A stretch of DNA of 64,000 nucleotides. Source: Squalus acanthias (taxonomy: Eukaryota). This document shows, piece after piece, positions 62,741-64,000 of the stretch. The stretch lies in NCBI GenBank assembly GCA_030390025.1, contig CM059432.1, forward strand, positions 5,766,001-5,830,000. Direction: 5' to 3'. The notes beneath the pieces were generated by a model that saw nothing but the letters and a program-made list of their open reading frames with translations, was not told where the DNA came from and searched no databases. Numbering within the stretch: the stretch's first letter is position 1; each line of letters opens with the position of its first letter. The translations under genes and the position numbers were made by a program.

Positions 62741-63705
62741 AGGGTACGGTAGCATAGCGATTATGTTACGGGACTAGTAATCCAGAGACCTGGACTAATC
62801 ATAGAATCATAGAAATTTACAGAAAGAGGCCATTCGGCCCATCTTGTCCGTGCCGGCCGACAAAGAGCTATCCAGCCTGATCCCACTTTCCAGCTCTTGG
62901 TTTGTATCCTTGTAGGTTACGGCACTTCAAGTGCATATCCAAGTACTTTAGTTTCTGCCTCTACCACCCTTTCAGGCAGTCAGTTCCAGACCCCCACCAC
63001 CCACTGGGTGAAAAAATTTCCCCTCACATCCCCTCTAAATCTCCTACCAATTACTTTAAATCTATGCCCCCTGGTTATCAACCCCTCTGCTATGAGAAAT
63101 AGGTCCTTCCTATCCACTCTATCTAGGCCCCTCATAATAATCCGGAGACATGAGTTCAAATCCCACTACGGCAGCTGTGGAATTTAAATTCAATTAAATA
63201 AATCTGGAATGAAAAGCTAGTATCAGTAATGGTGACTGACATGAATCTTGTCATTCATGTATGAAGTAATACTGGGCGGCCTGCTGGTGGCGCTGTCCAG
63301 GGAGAGTATAAATACTCGGGCATGGGCCCAGCTTGCTCAGGACATTCTTTAACAGGAACTATGGAAGGACACAACTAGATCTCCATGTTGAAAAACAGTT
63401 GATTAAAGCTTTGTTTAACGCTTAGACCAAGTGCCAAGTAGTTTTCTTACATCAGTGACCATGAAACTACCGGATTGTCGAAAAAAAACATCTGGTTCAC
63501 TAATGTCCTTTAGGGAAGGAAATCTGCCGTTCTTACCCGGTCTGGCCTATACGTGACTCCAGACCCATAGCAATGTGGTTGACTCTTAACTGCCCTCTGA
63601 AATGGCCCAGCAAGCCACTCAGTTGTATTCAACACCACCTCTCAAGAGCAATAAATGCTGCTCTTACCACCGATGCCCACATCCCGTGAATGAATTAAAA
63701 AAAAA
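62741..63705 (+). mobile_element. SINE family B with a nested CR1 3' end (62799-63139, - strand) and a nested solo LTR
   Basis: Head gggtacggtagcatagcgattatgttacgggactag; the body resumes after each insertion; LINE-derived tail. Confidence 0.78.
63237..63454 (+). mobile_element. Solo LTR-like element (218 bp), copy 2
   Basis: TG...CA ends; 5-bp TSD gtgac at 63232-63236 and 63455-63459, inside SINE B; highly similar to copy 1. Confidence 0.82.
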
Positions 63706-63901
63706 TGTAAGATCCACCACTGTTCTGATCACATCATATAGCCATCAGTGGAAACCCCGCCAGCACGTTACACCAGGGGAGTTTGAGGAAATCCTTTTTA
63801 CTCATATCCTGGGCCTGTCCACAAGCCAAACCATTTTGGGCTATGATATCCGTTAGACAAAACCTGCTTTAGTGTCTTTTAGGGCTCCCTATGAAGATCC
63901 C

Positions 63902-64000
63902 TGACGTAAGAAAACTACTAAGCACTTGGTCTAAGCATTAAACAAAGCTTTAATCAACTGTTTTTCAACATGGAGATCTAGTTGTGTCCTTCACTAGTTC
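63902..64000 (-). mobile_element. LTR-like element, copy 3 (inverted, cut by the window end)
   Basis: Reverse complement of the 3' part of copies 1 and 2 (ggacacaactagatctcc...ttttcttacgtca). Confidence 0.78.

Noticed and set aside
61809..63454. Copies 1 and 2 as the paired LTRs of one retrotransposon that captured an exon
   Set aside because: Each copy has its own 5-bp TSD, no PBS or PPT is evident, and the enclosed exon is a collinear part of NIPAL2.
1..64000. Strong strand bias of LINE insertions relative to NIPAL2
   Set aside because: CR1 fragments occur on both strands in comparable numbers, and the sample is too small to claim a bias.

Overview
This is eukaryotic, very repeat-rich DNA. 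The repeat content (HE1-type V-SINEs, DeuSINEs, HER1/CR1 LINEs) points to a cartilaginous fish (shark-like); this is inferred from family recognition, not from a search. The only host gene I can support is NIPAL2, a NIPA-family Mg2+-transporter-like membrane protein, on the minus strand. Six internal coding exons (172, 60, 122, 97, 136 and 89 bp; all GT-AG and phase-compatible) are spread over the whole window, and the gene continues beyond both ends. The introns are filled with truncated CR1, L2, RTE and other LINE fragments, three recognisable SINE families, several DNA-transposon MITEs, an ~8.2 kb 20-bp minisatellite and G-rich tracts. I found no new protein-coding system. The most interesting signals are in the mobile DNA: (i) three solo-LTR-like copies around one NIPAL2 exon, the two complete ones 218 bp with separate 5-bp TSDs and the third inverted and cut by the window end; (ii) a 3-bp-TSD (Harbinger-like) MITE family that abuts the same CR1 position twice, in opposite orientations; (iii) recurrent chimeric SINE/LINE junctions; (iv) a long inverted repeat enclosing nested insertions. 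Repeat boundaries are approximate unless a TSD is quoted.
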